Below are positions 33,310-43,333 of a stretch of DNA of 64,000 bases, in pieces; position 1 is the first letter of the stretch, and each line of letters starts with the position of its first letter. The translations under genes were made by a program, and so were the position numbers. The stretch is from an uncultured Victivallis sp. (GTDB taxonomy: Bacteria; Verrucomicrobiota; Lentisphaeria; Victivallales; GWF2-50-93). Where the stretch lies: contig CAZION010000011.1 in NCBI GenBank assembly GCA_964540865.1, positions 609 to 64,608 on the forward strand. The letters run 5' to 3'. The notes below the pieces were generated by a model. It had not been told where the DNA came from, did not search any database, and saw nothing but the letters and a program-made list of their open reading frames with translations.

Positions 33310-34470
33310 CTATACATACTCCAACTTAAACGCTTTCGCCTCATCGATGGCGGCGATCACGTTTTCTGGCGGAACATCATGCTGGACGTTATGATCGAAT
33401 GCGAACACATACCCGGGATAACGTGTAAATTGCGTCAACTGCTGCCGGACTTTTTCCCGGACCTGATCCTGATTCCCTTCAAGCAAGGTATGCTGGGCAT
33501 CGATGCCGCCACCCCATAAAACCAGCTTTCCCCCGAACTCGCTCACCAGGCGATCGGCCTCCATTTCTTCGGCAGTCACCTGAAGCGGATTCAGGATATC
33601 TACTCCAAGCTTGATGAATCCGGGAATCAACCGGTATACTGATCCACAGGTATGGTAGAAGAACTTGGCCGGAGTGTGACGGTGTATATGTTCCGTAACT
33701 CGTCGAAAATGCGGCAGAAGCATTTCTTCATAGACGTCGGGTCCGATCAGCGGCGCCCGCTGCGTACCCGCATCGCCGGAAAAGGCGAAGACATCAACCA
33801 GAGCCCCGGTAGCCCGGAATAGACGGTCTAGCGATTCCAGAGTATGGTCCACCCAACGTCCTACCCGTTCATTGACCTCCTCCTTGTCGGTGTAGAGCGC
33901 GCATAGGAAGTCTGTATTGGTCCCGTTGAAAATGGTGAACGGTACCGAAAGTACCACGGCCAAGTCCGTATTGTGCCGTGCGATACGGCAGCGTTCAGCG
34001 AGATGATCAACGATTGCGTCGGTGTAGACGGACGGATCGGCATCGCGCCATTTCACATAATCACAGGCGTCGAAATAATGGCCGCCGGGTGGCATGACAG
34101 AGCACATCTTCCCTTTCCGCCACAATTCCCAGCCGCCTTCTGCCGAAGGCTTGACCATCACCTCGCGTGAAAGTTTGACACGGGTTCCATCTGGTGCAGT
34201 CCAATCCTGCCAGCCGTGGAAATGACCGCTGCACGTATAGATGCCGATGGTGTCAACACCGAGCCGGTTCAGGAATTCGGCCTCGACTTCGACCAACATC
34301 ATTTCCTCACTCATGATTTTTCCAGGGCTTACTTTAATGCCCAGGTGTTCACGTATCCTGTCATAGGCACGGGCGGTAAATCCGCTGGCGAATGTTCCAC
34401 CCAGATCGATCGGGACCCGGTCATGTTGTTGCTGGTTCAGCGCGGCCAGTACTCGTTCTCGCGAAGTCAT
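33310..34470 (-). CDS. Uroporphyrinogen decarboxylase (URO-D) family protein of unknown specificity
   Basis: MTSRERVLAALNQQQHDRVPIDLGG N-terminus, and the overall length is typical of URO-D/MtaA-like proteins found in PVC sugar clusters. Confidence 0.7.
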   Translation of the reverse strand: MTSRERVLAALNQQQHDRVPIDLGGTFASGFTARAYDRIREHLGIKVSPGKIMSEEMMLVEVEAEFLNRLGVDTIGIYTCSGHFHGWQDWTAPDGTRVKLSREVMVKPSAEGGWELWRKGKMCSVMPPGGHYFDACDYVKWRDADPSVYTDAIVDHLAERCRIARHNTDLAVVLSVPFTIFNGTNTDFLCALYTDKEEVNERVGRWVDHTLESLDRLFRATGALVDVFAFSGDAGTQRAPLIGPDVYEEMLLPHFRRVTEHIHRHTPAKFFYHTCGSVYRLIPGFIKLGVDILNPLQVTAEEMEADRLVSEFGGKLVLWGGGIDAQHTLLEGNQDQVREKVRQQLTQFTRYPGYVFAFDHNVQHDVPPENVIAAIDEAKAFKLEYV

Positions 34471-34488
34471 GATTGATTGCCACTCCTG

Positions 34489-35298
34489 TTATTTGAACCG
34501 GCTGAAGCCGCCATCGACATAAAGATTGTGCCCTGTTATGTAGGCCGCCGCATCGGAAGCGAGAAATGTCACAGCGCCCTTCAAGTCAAGTCCGTCACGT
34601 CCCATTCTGCCAAGCATTGTGCGCTCTGAATATGCCTTTACGAATTTTTCCGGCTGGCCTCTTTCAAAGCCTCCGGGCGATACGACGTTCACCCTGATCC
34701 CGTATTTGCCGAGATAAGCGGCCGCATCGTAAGTCAGCCCTATTACACCGGCCTTTGATGCAGTATAGGGTATTGGATTAGGCGTCATCGGAAGCCCTTC
34801 ATAGACAATCCTGTCACGGCCGAGAAGTGAAGTGACGGATCCGATGTTGACAACTGACCCGTATCCTTTTTTCATCATGTGCCTGGAATATTCACGCAGA
34901 CAGAGAAAAGTCCCTGTCATATTTGCATTCAGATAGCCGTTCCACGATGAGAGCGGTTCCTTGTCGATGGTTCCGGTCGTGCCTGAACCGTGACCGCCGG
35001 CGTTGTTCACGAGTGCTGCGATTTCTTTGAAGAGGCCGAACGCTTCCGCAAAAGTTTCAGCGACGGATTTCTCATCGGTGATATCCATTCCGTATCCTGC
35101 CGTTTTGACCCCGAACTTATCGGAAAACTCAGTTGCCTTCTGTTGGGCCTTGTCTTTTTTTCTTGATGTCAGCACAAGATTGGCTCCAAGTTCGGCGAAA
35201 CCTGTCGCAATCTCAAGTCCAAAATTCTGACAGCCGCCAGTTATCATCACAGTCTTATTTTTGAAAGACAGCATGTCCACAAGAGAATTTTTGTTCAT
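34489..35298 (-). CDS. Short-chain dehydrogenase/reductase (SDR)
   Basis: VMITGGCQNFGLEIA cofactor motif and YTASKAGVIGLT catalytic YxxxK. ATG 35298 has AGGAAGG upstream; the track ORF starts at GTG 35307. Confidence 0.85.
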   Translation of the reverse strand: MNKNSLVDMLSFKNKTVMITGGCQNFGLEIATGFAELGANLVLTSRKKDKAQQKATEFSDKFGVKTAGYGMDITDEKSVAETFAEAFGLFKEIAALVNNAGGHGSGTTGTIDKEPLSSWNGYLNANMTGTFLCLREYSRHMMKKGYGSVVNIGSVTSLLGRDRIVYEGLPMTPNPIPYTASKAGVIGLTYDAAAYLGKYGIRVNVVSPGGFERGQPEKFVKAYSERTMLGRMGRDGLDLKGAVTFLASDAAAYITGHNLYVDGGFSRFK

Positions 35299-35352
35299 TT
35301 TTAACACCTTCCTATTAAATGTACCACAGGCATCTTGCCTGTGTTTAAATTA

Positions 35353-36315
35353 TTACTTGCATAGTGCAATAAGATCATCGACATGTGCTTCGGCCAGGCA
35401 TTCCACGGTATCCGCCGCTCCATAATATATTTTCACCATTCCGTCTTTTTCCAAGAGCATTCCTCCCGGGAAAACCACATAATCGCGATAACCTTCAGCT
35501 TCATATGCATACTCAGGTTCAGGCACTAAGACAGGTTCACTGCAAATACCTTTTATCTTCCGCGGATCATTCAAATCCAGCAGCATTATACCAGCTGAAT
35601 AACGTTTATTCCAGGTTCCGGACCATCCCCATTTCCTGCTTTCTTCGACATCAACGCCATGAAAAAGTGTCAACCATCCTTCTTTTGTTTTTACTGGAGG
35701 GGCTGCCGGGCCTATCTTTTCATTGGCCCATGGGACTTCGCTTGCTGAAAGGAGGAGTTCGGTTTCCCCCCAGTATATACCATCATAAGAGGCTGATATG
35801 AATATGTCGAAACGGTCTCCGGGTCTGAGATAAGATGCAAACGGCCTTTCAAGCCTGTAGATCTTGCCATTTATCCTTTCCGGGAAAATAACCATATTGC
35901 GATTGTCCGGAGTCGAAAGGCTGAGGATTTCCCAGTTCTTCAAATCTTCAGTTACCGCTACACCACCGCGGGTGCCGCAGTTGCCTCCCATGGCAAAACA
36001 CATATACAACTTGCCATCCAGCGCGGTCAACCGCGGATCATAAGCCGTGTATAATGGATTTCGGGCGTCACTTATCAATCTTTCTTTTTCAACGTTCCAT
36101 TTTATCCCGTCATCACTGAATGCGATGCCAAGACAGGTCCTGTCTGTTAGCTTCTTTTCCTTCAGGTTTCCAAAATCATTGCGGAATATCATGACATAGC
36201 GCCCTTTGAACTTGGCTACGCCCGCATTGAATACCAGCGCGTCATTGTATGGAACGTCCTTGTCCGATAGTATCGGATTGTTCCTGTGCCGTTTTATAAA
36301 AGCTGATGTTTTCAT
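35353..36315 (-). CDS. GH130 family glycoside phosphorylase/hydrolase (beta-mannoside-type)
   Basis: NPILS..VFNAGVAKFKGRYVMIFR, FSDDGIKWNV, YDPRLT and a C-terminal KIYYGAADTVECLAEAHVDDL, as in GH130 (formerly DUF377). Confidence 0.85.
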   Translation of the reverse strand: MKTSAFIKRHRNNPILSDKDVPYNDALVFNAGVAKFKGRYVMIFRNDFGNLKEKKLTDRTCLGIAFSDDGIKWNVEKERLISDARNPLYTAYDPRLTALDGKLYMCFAMGGNCGTRGGVAVTEDLKNWEILSLSTPDNRNMVIFPERINGKIYRLERPFASYLRPGDRFDIFISASYDGIYWGETELLLSASEVPWANEKIGPAAPPVKTKEGWLTLFHGVDVEESRKWGWSGTWNKRYSAGIMLLDLNDPRKIKGICSEPVLVPEPEYAYEAEGYRDYVVFPGGMLLEKDGMVKIYYGAADTVECLAEAHVDDLIALCK

Positions 36316-36372
36316 TTTAATTCCCCGTTAAATATTTTTTCTGATTCAATTTTTTAGTTTTCATTTTACTCT

Positions 36373-39300
36373 TTAGAGTTTTCCTTTAGTTTCAGGATCA
36401 TGTGCCTGGTATATTAGAAGCGGACCCCATATGAAAGTCATACATTGCACATGGTTCCCGTTGCCTACGTTTCCACCAACATCTGCAACTGGCATCAGCG
36501 TGGAACACACGGTCTCAAACGCACTCGGATTCTTCGAGTCCGGTTTTTTTACGCGGGTATATCTGCTGACTCCGAAAGGTGTTGGCTCTTTCTTCTTATC
36601 CAGGTTCAATTCCTTCATTGATAACGCCATCTCTACTTGCCATCCTTTGGAACCACGGCTGGTTTTTACATCGATAGAATCCATTGAACAGGCACCATTC
36701 AAGTTGACGATGATGTTCTTTAATCCTGGCATATTGCGCTGAAAACCTAAGGATAAGGAGATAGCGTCGTCTCTAGACTTCTTAGGATATGGACCGGGAT
36801 CTGCTTCGCCAGGCCTGACATCCGCGCCCATCACATCAGGGTCGCTTTCGCAGTCGAACGCCAAATAGAGTTTCTGTCCGTCCTCCATTGCCCATATTGT
36901 CGTCCTGTTGGAATCTAGGGTGAGCGAGAACGCCTTGTAGAAGTTACCGGCATATGCCGGCTCTCCCCATTCTACGGAGTTTATCTTGCCGTCAATCAAC
37001 GGAGTTATGTCGGTATGACGTGCGACAAGCATACCAGTGGATTTGACTATTTCAGTCAGGCGGCTGAGCGCCTCCTTGTCCTTTACCTTCTCCCCGGCGC
37101 GTCTTTTAATAATACCGTCTATATCCCGGCGCGTCTTGACAGGGTCGTGTCCGCAATCCTTCAGAGCCTCCTCCACTGTCTCTACTGTGATCCTGTGTAT
37201 CATCTTGTTGATTCCCGGATAAGATCCGTAGTTGGAACAGAATGAGTTATAGTCGCCAAGGGCTGCTGCTAAAGGAACAATCCCAACCTCTTTGACGCTG
37301 CTGATGTCTTCATAGACCTTGCGTATTGTTGGCGATCGGAAAACCAGGGACAGGGGCTGAAGCGCCTCTCCGAGATTGAGATCTTTCTGTTCCAGCATAG
37401 GTTCAAGTCTTTTTCCGACATCATACATGCAGGCCAGGGTCCGCGACACGTTGAAACCTTTCTTCAGGAAATCCAGACGTCGTGCCACCATTGAACAGTA
37501 TTCTTTCTTTTCTATATCCATCTCAATCGCCTGATACTTTGCGATGGTCTTCTCAGCCTCTTCAAGCAAAGCCCACGCCTTATCGCATTTCTCCGGAGTG
37601 AAAATTCCCAGTTGTGTCGAATCGTTCATCCATCTGTAATTGCTTCTTGTCCCCTTGATTCCGACCTCTTCTTGCGTACACCACGCTTCCTCCAGGAAGT
37701 CGAAATACTTCTGCATTGTTCCGGCCACCGGACCGAAGCAGTTCTCCAGATAATCTCTTTCAAGCTCTTTTGGGTCAAGTTTGTTGTTCCAGAGCATTTT
37801 GGAAATCATCCAGTACTTAATTCCGTCCAAAGCCCAGTTCGGACTGCTTTCACCGTAGAATCCGTCAACGCCGATATTGTAACGCTCTGCAATATTTTTC
37901 AGGATGTAACGGTTGTATAGGCGCGGAATGACAAAACCTGCCCCGTAAACGTATTCGTATATCCCCATTTGATAGCTCATCTTGCCCCAACGTTCTACCA
38001 ATTCGGCGAACTCGCCGACCTCGTTCCTGTCGAAGAGCTGGGCGCTGTCGCGGGTGAGGTACGGCACAATCATCGGATGGAGCTTGACCAATCCGGGCGG
38101 CAGGCTCGACAACACGGCGTAGGCGAGGCAACCAAGACGCTTGTCGGGAAATTTCGATGACAGTTTCTCGGCCAGCTTATTGTAAAAAACAAAAAAGGAA
38201 TAGGCGATCCGCTGGTTCTTGTCCGGCATCTTGTTTTTCAACTCATCCGGAACCATGGCCTGGCAAAGTGTGCATTCGCAATATTTATTTGAGTCGTTCA
38301 TTCCAATACTGTAAGTTCCTTCGCCAGCCTGGAATGCCTCCGAGGCCGCTTTGACAAGTGCCTCGAACACCTTTGGAGAGCCGATGCATGGCTGAAAATC
38401 ACTCGTATTGGCAATATTGGGAGGGGTGCGTTTGCCGTTGATTTCCGGGAAGTAATCCAAGTGTGCCTGACTCCACTTATCGTAGAACTGAGGATATTGC
38501 TTCCTGTAATATTCAGCATAGTAGTTGGCGAATTTGCCGGCGTCTTTGATTGTGCCATCGTCGGTCGGTGCCGGGGGCGGATCCACTTTTACATAGTCGC
38601 CAAAGAACTTGTTGTAGCTATCGACATAATACGCCGCCCGCCGCGTCGGATCTTTGGCTGTCTCAACATCCGGCATCTGTAGGCTGGACGGGAAGCTTGG
38701 GATGAACGGGTTGATCAGGTTGTGATGGAATTTGTCCCGATAGCGGAGGCGGAATTCCTGCACGGCGTCACACATCATCCAGCGCATCTTGTAAGATGGG
38801 TTTTCCAGAATGTTCAGATCTGCTGGGATCCGTACGGAGGAGGCCTTTGGAATAATATGGAACAACCCGGTTACGCCATCCTCCTTCTCCCTATACCAAT
38901 CTGGTCCGGGGGCGTACCATCGGCATCTGGCAAATTTCTCCAGAATGTCGTACACCGCCCACTCCGTGCCCCAGATGTTCTTTCCGGTTATGTACACGTC
39001 TTTGCCAACAACCTTAATTGCAAAACCATCGTCGTCAAGCCGCTTCAACTCCTCGGACATGACCTCCCTCGTCTTGGGCTGGAGCCCCACCCATATTCGC
39101 GTGTCGAAGGGGGTCTTTCTGTTCTCCACCTCAAAATCCTTGCACGACATTACAGGAACATTCATTCCCGTAATGTAATCTGCGTATCGTTTGAAATGCG
39201 TGTCGCCACCGGTGTATGGGAACCTGTAGGAGTCAAATGGAAAGTAGTAATCTTTGGGAGAGTCGGCCTTTATGATCACGCTTCTGACACCTGGTCCGAC

Positions 39301-39474
39301 TAGCACGAGTGCCTTGTCATCCGGGATGACAGAAGGAGCCGGGATTTTTACCCGGGTGGCTTCACCTGCCTGGGCGTGAAATGAAAAATTTACGCCCATC
39401 ATTACCACTGTCGCCATTACCAGCGTCCGCAATGTTTTTGTGCTTGAACGTTGACTTTTCGAAATATTGCCCAT
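36373..39474 (-). CDS. DUF4838-domain protein with C-terminal CBM9-like module (1033 aa)
   Basis: Signal peptide. DDGFAIKVVGKDVYITGKNIWGTEWAVYDILEKFARCRWY is typical of DUF4838. C-terminal IDGKINSVEWGEPAYAGNFY is carbohydrate-binding family 9-like. Confidence 0.7.
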   Translation of the reverse strand: MGNISKSQRSSTKTLRTLVMATVVMMGVNFSFHAQAGEATRVKIPAPSVIPDDKALVLVGPGVRSVIIKADSPKDYYFPFDSYRFPYTGGDTHFKRYADYITGMNVPVMSCKDFEVENRKTPFDTRIWVGLQPKTREVMSEELKRLDDDGFAIKVVGKDVYITGKNIWGTEWAVYDILEKFARCRWYAPGPDWYREKEDGVTGLFHIIPKASSVRIPADLNILENPSYKMRWMMCDAVQEFRLRYRDKFHHNLINPFIPSFPSSLQMPDVETAKDPTRRAAYYVDSYNKFFGDYVKVDPPPAPTDDGTIKDAGKFANYYAEYYRKQYPQFYDKWSQAHLDYFPEINGKRTPPNIANTSDFQPCIGSPKVFEALVKAASEAFQAGEGTYSIGMNDSNKYCECTLCQAMVPDELKNKMPDKNQRIAYSFFVFYNKLAEKLSSKFPDKRLGCLAYAVLSSLPPGLVKLHPMIVPYLTRDSAQLFDRNEVGEFAELVERWGKMSYQMGIYEYVYGAGFVIPRLYNRYILKNIAERYNIGVDGFYGESSPNWALDGIKYWMISKMLWNNKLDPKELERDYLENCFGPVAGTMQKYFDFLEEAWCTQEEVGIKGTRSNYRWMNDSTQLGIFTPEKCDKAWALLEEAEKTIAKYQAIEMDIEKKEYCSMVARRLDFLKKGFNVSRTLACMYDVGKRLEPMLEQKDLNLGEALQPLSLVFRSPTIRKVYEDISSVKEVGIVPLAAALGDYNSFCSNYGSYPGINKMIHRITVETVEEALKDCGHDPVKTRRDIDGIIKRRAGEKVKDKEALSRLTEIVKSTGMLVARHTDITPLIDGKINSVEWGEPAYAGNFYKAFSLTLDSNRTTIWAMEDGQKLYLAFDCESDPDVMGADVRPGEADPGPYPKKSRDDAISLSLGFQRNMPGLKNIIVNLNGACSMDSIDVKTSRGSKGWQVEMALSMKELNLDKKKEPTPFGVSRYTRVKKPDSKNPSAFETVCSTLMPVADVGGNVGNGNHVQCMTFIWGPLLIYQAHDPETKGKL

Positions 39475-39555
39475 TTTTAAAATTCCTTCAGTTTTAACGT
39501 GGATTTAACTGGCTTACGTTGGCGCTTACCTCCAGACAGATTTCCTGCACAGAAA

Positions 39556-42315
39556 CTACTCCAGCACTAGCAGTCCGCGTGATTCTGGAAGTGTGGCGGT
39601 GAAGAATATCGGAGCCCATCCGATGCGCTCTTTCGGGTTGAATGTCTTGGATTGGAATGGGCTTCGCTGGATGTTGAATTCAAGCAGATGCTGGCCGGAA
39701 TAATCATACTGCCCCTCCAGCTTGAGAGGGAATGCGACCTCTATGGTGTAAGATTTGCCGTCTTCACCCATCTTCACTGCGCATTTGACGTCTTTGCGGT
39801 TGTCCAGAGCTTTCTGGAAACCTCGGAAGGCGCCGAGAGCGTTGACAATGTACTGTGCGAACTCCGGTTTTTCAGTCCCAGCCGTTGGCGGACCGAAGAA
39901 GAATTCGCAACCTGATTCACGCCAAATGCTCGAGCCGGTGAATTTTTCTGGAGGCGTCTCGGCCCATGTCCCGTTTGGCTGCTTGCATGCGATGCCGAAG
40001 ACAAGATGGTTCCCCACTCGCATGACTTTCCCTTCCGTCTCGTTGCCGTCCTTGCTTTGTACAAGCAGATCCGCTAGCGTGAATCCTTCCAGTTTTGCCG
40101 CCTTCTTCCATGACTCGTCGGACAAGTCTCCGTCAATGTTTGGCATCTCCGCCACCCGCGGTACCCATAGGATTTTTGTCATAAGTTCTTCAATCTCAGC
40201 CGTGCGTTTAGCGTTGCGTTTCTCTGGCAGGTTCTCCTTGTATATCCGGCGTGCGTTCGAGACAGCCGATTTGACGCCATTCTCGCTCAGTGTGTTTAAG
40301 TCTATGCCTGAAAAAGCCTGTCTGCGCACGGCTTGGATTACCGATCCCAGCGCCCTGCTGTAGTTGTTGCGGTACGAAAAGCGGATGCCCGCGACGTTGT
40401 CATGATCCTCGCAGGTGTCCGGGAGGATTGTTCTTTGGGTATCGTAATACTTGTCGAAAGCGAAGATCTTTTCGGCATCATCGTTTACGTAGAAGGCGAG
40501 AGCCGCCTTGTCGATGTCTGTGCGCTTGTCGAGAACTACATGTTTGTGATACATCCTGCCTGGAATTGAGACTGCCTTCACTATTAGCTCATGGGCGCGG
40601 AAGTATCTTTGTATAGCTGAGAGCCGCTTCTGGAGCATAGGATCATCTTTTGTTGAGGCGATTGCCTCCTCCAGCCACTTCCTCTGCTGGGCAACATCCT
40701 CCTCCGAGAAGCCGCAAGACTCCTGTCGCGGCCAGTCACCACGTACATAGAAGGCGTCTGAAACCACGTGTTTCTGGGCGAACATGTCGTAGAAACGATA
40801 CATGGGCTCCCATCCATTCCCGAACATGTCCTTGCAGTATTGACGCCAAAGGGCATCAGTATCCTGATAGGGGTCGGAGAGGAGTTGGGTGAGAATCCAG
40901 TAGTTGGCTCCGTCGATATACCAGTATTCATTTGCCGACCATTCTGTGTACATGCCCAGCATCCCGTTTTGCGCTCCCCACTGCAGCATGGATGCCAGCT
41001 GCCTGCTGTATATCCGCGGAGTCACTCCGGAAAAATTCCAATCGTGTGTCACCCATTTTGCACCTAGAGACGAGAACTCAAGGATGGTCGCCATCATTCC
41101 ATCCCAGTATTTCTTGTCAGTGAAGTTGTATGATTTGATCACATTGTCCACCACGATGCTGGACTCTATGTTCATGCCTGTAGGCGGCTTGCGGATGTTG
41201 GAGTAGGCATATGTCGTTATGTACAGATCAGGAAACTCCTGCTGGCACTTCTTGGCCACTCGGTTCAGGAAGGCGTACCAGAGATTTGACGCCTGGCCCC
41301 CCATGGACTTCATGGACTCGGAGCAGACCGGGCATTGGCAGGAGTACATGCAGTCCATTACGCTTATGGTCAGGTAGCCAGGAGATGGCTTGGCTTTCAT
41401 CTTCTCCCGCACCTGTTCCATGGCGGTGTTGGCGGCAAGTTCCGGATCCGCAAGGCATGGGTTCCAGTACTCCCCTACCGGGGGTGGTCTGTTGCCATCC
41501 TTGCCCATAGGGTAAAGCTGCGGGAACTTTTCGTAATACTTGTCGGGCGGCAAGTATTTGGCAATGGAGTGGCTGGCACGCAAATCCAATCCCTCTGTGA
41601 GGGGGCAGTTAAAGCGGAGCCAATCCAGGTTGCGCTTGATGCCGCCTGAAGAGAAAGTCCCCTTGGCAAAAAAGGGCTGCATGAAGATGGACAATTCATC
41701 CACCGAGATCTTGTTATCCTTGGGCATGGAAAACCATTCCAGCCCCTCTGCACCGTTTGGGGCGTACATGCGTATACCAGCGCATTTGTCAAGGAAGACA
41801 CGCATATGGGACAGGTTCCACATGTCGGCATCACGCTTGGTTAGTACGATGACGTTCCCGACCCGTTTAAGGAAAATGGAGTTGCGCTTTGCCTTCTTCA
41901 ATTGCGTGCGCTCATCATCAGTCATGAGGGGCTTTGGGACACTCTCCAGCGGAGCAAGAAGGATCACGTTCTTGTCTTTTGGCAGTGCGTCTGCCCTTAT
42001 GTTAATGATCGGGAACGCCTTGCTTGCGGCACGGTCGGGATCGGGCTTGGCGCCCAATGCGAAATTATCCGCTTCGGGATCCTTGGCAACACATTTCAAA
42101 AGATATTGCTGGAGGTAGGCGGCCGCGTAGCTGTCACCGAATTGAACTATGACAGTGTTGTCGGGGTTGAGCGTGAGTGGCAGCTCCGACGCCTCATCAG
42201 CCAATAACTTTTGTCCCATAGATATGAAAAGCCCGGCTGCAACTGTTGCCACAGGCACAAGCAATCGCTGCAATACTTTAGTTTTCAAACATTGACTTCT
42301 TGAAATAGTCCCCAT
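39556..42315 (-). CDS. DUF4838-domain protein paralogue with C-terminal CBM9-like module (919 aa)
   Basis: N-terminus MGTISRSQCLKTKVL is similar to MGNISKSQRSSTKTL of the neighbouring gene. Cys-rich core ..VMDCMYSCQCPVCS.. parallels ..NKYCECTLCQ.. in the paralogue. C-terminal IDGDLSDESWKKAAKLEGF. Confidence 0.7.
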   Translation of the reverse strand: MGTISRSQCLKTKVLQRLLVPVATVAAGLFISMGQKLLADEASELPLTLNPDNTVIVQFGDSYAAAYLQQYLLKCVAKDPEADNFALGAKPDPDRAASKAFPIINIRADALPKDKNVILLAPLESVPKPLMTDDERTQLKKAKRNSIFLKRVGNVIVLTKRDADMWNLSHMRVFLDKCAGIRMYAPNGAEGLEWFSMPKDNKISVDELSIFMQPFFAKGTFSSGGIKRNLDWLRFNCPLTEGLDLRASHSIAKYLPPDKYYEKFPQLYPMGKDGNRPPPVGEYWNPCLADPELAANTAMEQVREKMKAKPSPGYLTISVMDCMYSCQCPVCSESMKSMGGQASNLWYAFLNRVAKKCQQEFPDLYITTYAYSNIRKPPTGMNIESSIVVDNVIKSYNFTDKKYWDGMMATILEFSSLGAKWVTHDWNFSGVTPRIYSRQLASMLQWGAQNGMLGMYTEWSANEYWYIDGANYWILTQLLSDPYQDTDALWRQYCKDMFGNGWEPMYRFYDMFAQKHVVSDAFYVRGDWPRQESCGFSEEDVAQQRKWLEEAIASTKDDPMLQKRLSAIQRYFRAHELIVKAVSIPGRMYHKHVVLDKRTDIDKAALAFYVNDDAEKIFAFDKYYDTQRTILPDTCEDHDNVAGIRFSYRNNYSRALGSVIQAVRRQAFSGIDLNTLSENGVKSAVSNARRIYKENLPEKRNAKRTAEIEELMTKILWVPRVAEMPNIDGDLSDESWKKAAKLEGFTLADLLVQSKDGNETEGKVMRVGNHLVFGIACKQPNGTWAETPPEKFTGSSIWRESGCEFFFGPPTAGTEKPEFAQYIVNALGAFRGFQKALDNRKDVKCAVKMGEDGKSYTIEVAFPLKLEGQYDYSGQHLLEFNIQRSPFQSKTFNPKERIGWAPIFFTATLPESRGLLVLE

Positions 42316-42386
42316 TTTTTAACCTCAGTTTGTTTTCCTTTTTGAAGTAATTGAATATGACTTATTTTCAGGCGTGCAAAACCCTA

Positions 42387-43097
42387 TCAGTTTATCACCC
42401 AGTTTAACCAGTTGCCGCCTTCAGTAATTGATACGTCGCCGACATGCCCGTCAAAGTAAACTGTGTTGGCGCGCTTATTGTGCCAATATAAAAAACTGGT
42501 ACTCATATAGGATCCTTGCAGCCAGTATTTGTACCCGACTGGAGCCGAGGTCTGGTAAAATGTATCACTGTACTGTATGAAGGTTGAAGGAGATTTCGTC
42601 TTCCATGCGCTGAATGAGATACGGTCCACGACAAATGTGTTGGTCCACTCACCTCTGTTAATTGCGAAATAACAATCCCAGTCACCCGTCAGTTGCGGTG
42701 TTGCTGAAGGACAGTGATAGATACCCGGGTTCTTCAGCTGAAGCTTAACATAGCCAAGTTCCCTCAACGCATTAAACCAACTTGTATTTCCACTTCCGAT
42801 GTTGATTATGTCCTTGCAGAAAAAACCGTTGAAATCATCAGCGTAATTGTAAGAGATCTGCTGTATCTGCTTCAAGTTGTTCTTGCAAACTATCGTTTTT
42901 GACACATCCTTAGCCTTGGAAAGAGCCGGCAACAGCATCGATGCCAGGATTGCGATAATCGCAATTACTACGAGGAGCTCTATTAAAGTGAAGCGTTTAA
43001 TTAGCAATAGGTTGTGACTTGCAAACAGTGTTCCGATTTTCGCATTCCTTAATTCCGGATTTCTCTTAAGTCCATGTTCGCATGGGCAGTTGTTCAT
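42387..43097 (-). CDS. Prepilin-type N-terminal cleavage/methylation domain protein with DUF1559 domain
   Basis: [28 protein letters not shown] and the C-terminal YFDGHVGDV motif. Confidence 0.85.
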   Translation of the reverse strand: MNNCPCEHGLKRNPELRNAKIGTLFASHNLLLIKRFTLIELLVVIAIIAILASMLLPALSKAKDVSKTIVCKNNLKQIQQISYNYADDFNGFFCKDIINIGSGNTSWFNALRELGYVKLQLKNPGIYHCPSATPQLTGDWDCYFAINRGEWTNTFVVDRISFSAWKTKSPSTFIQYSDTFYQTSAPVGYKYWLQGSYMSTSFLYWHNKRANTVYFDGHVGDVSITEGGNWLNWVIN

Positions 43098-43333
43098 TTT
43101 CTCAAACCCCTCCTTTTCCCGACGCTGCTTTTATTAAGCTCATAAGTCTCCGTTAATGATTAATTCGAAAACCTGTTTGTGTTAAAATTAAGTGTTATAC
43201 AGCAATATAACAGGTATTATATCTTATTTATTTTATTATGTCAATAGCAAATAGAAAATAATCTGAATTTATTTGTTTATATTTACAAACACCAGCTTTA
43301 TCATGTGTTATAACGCGCTATAATATATGCAAT

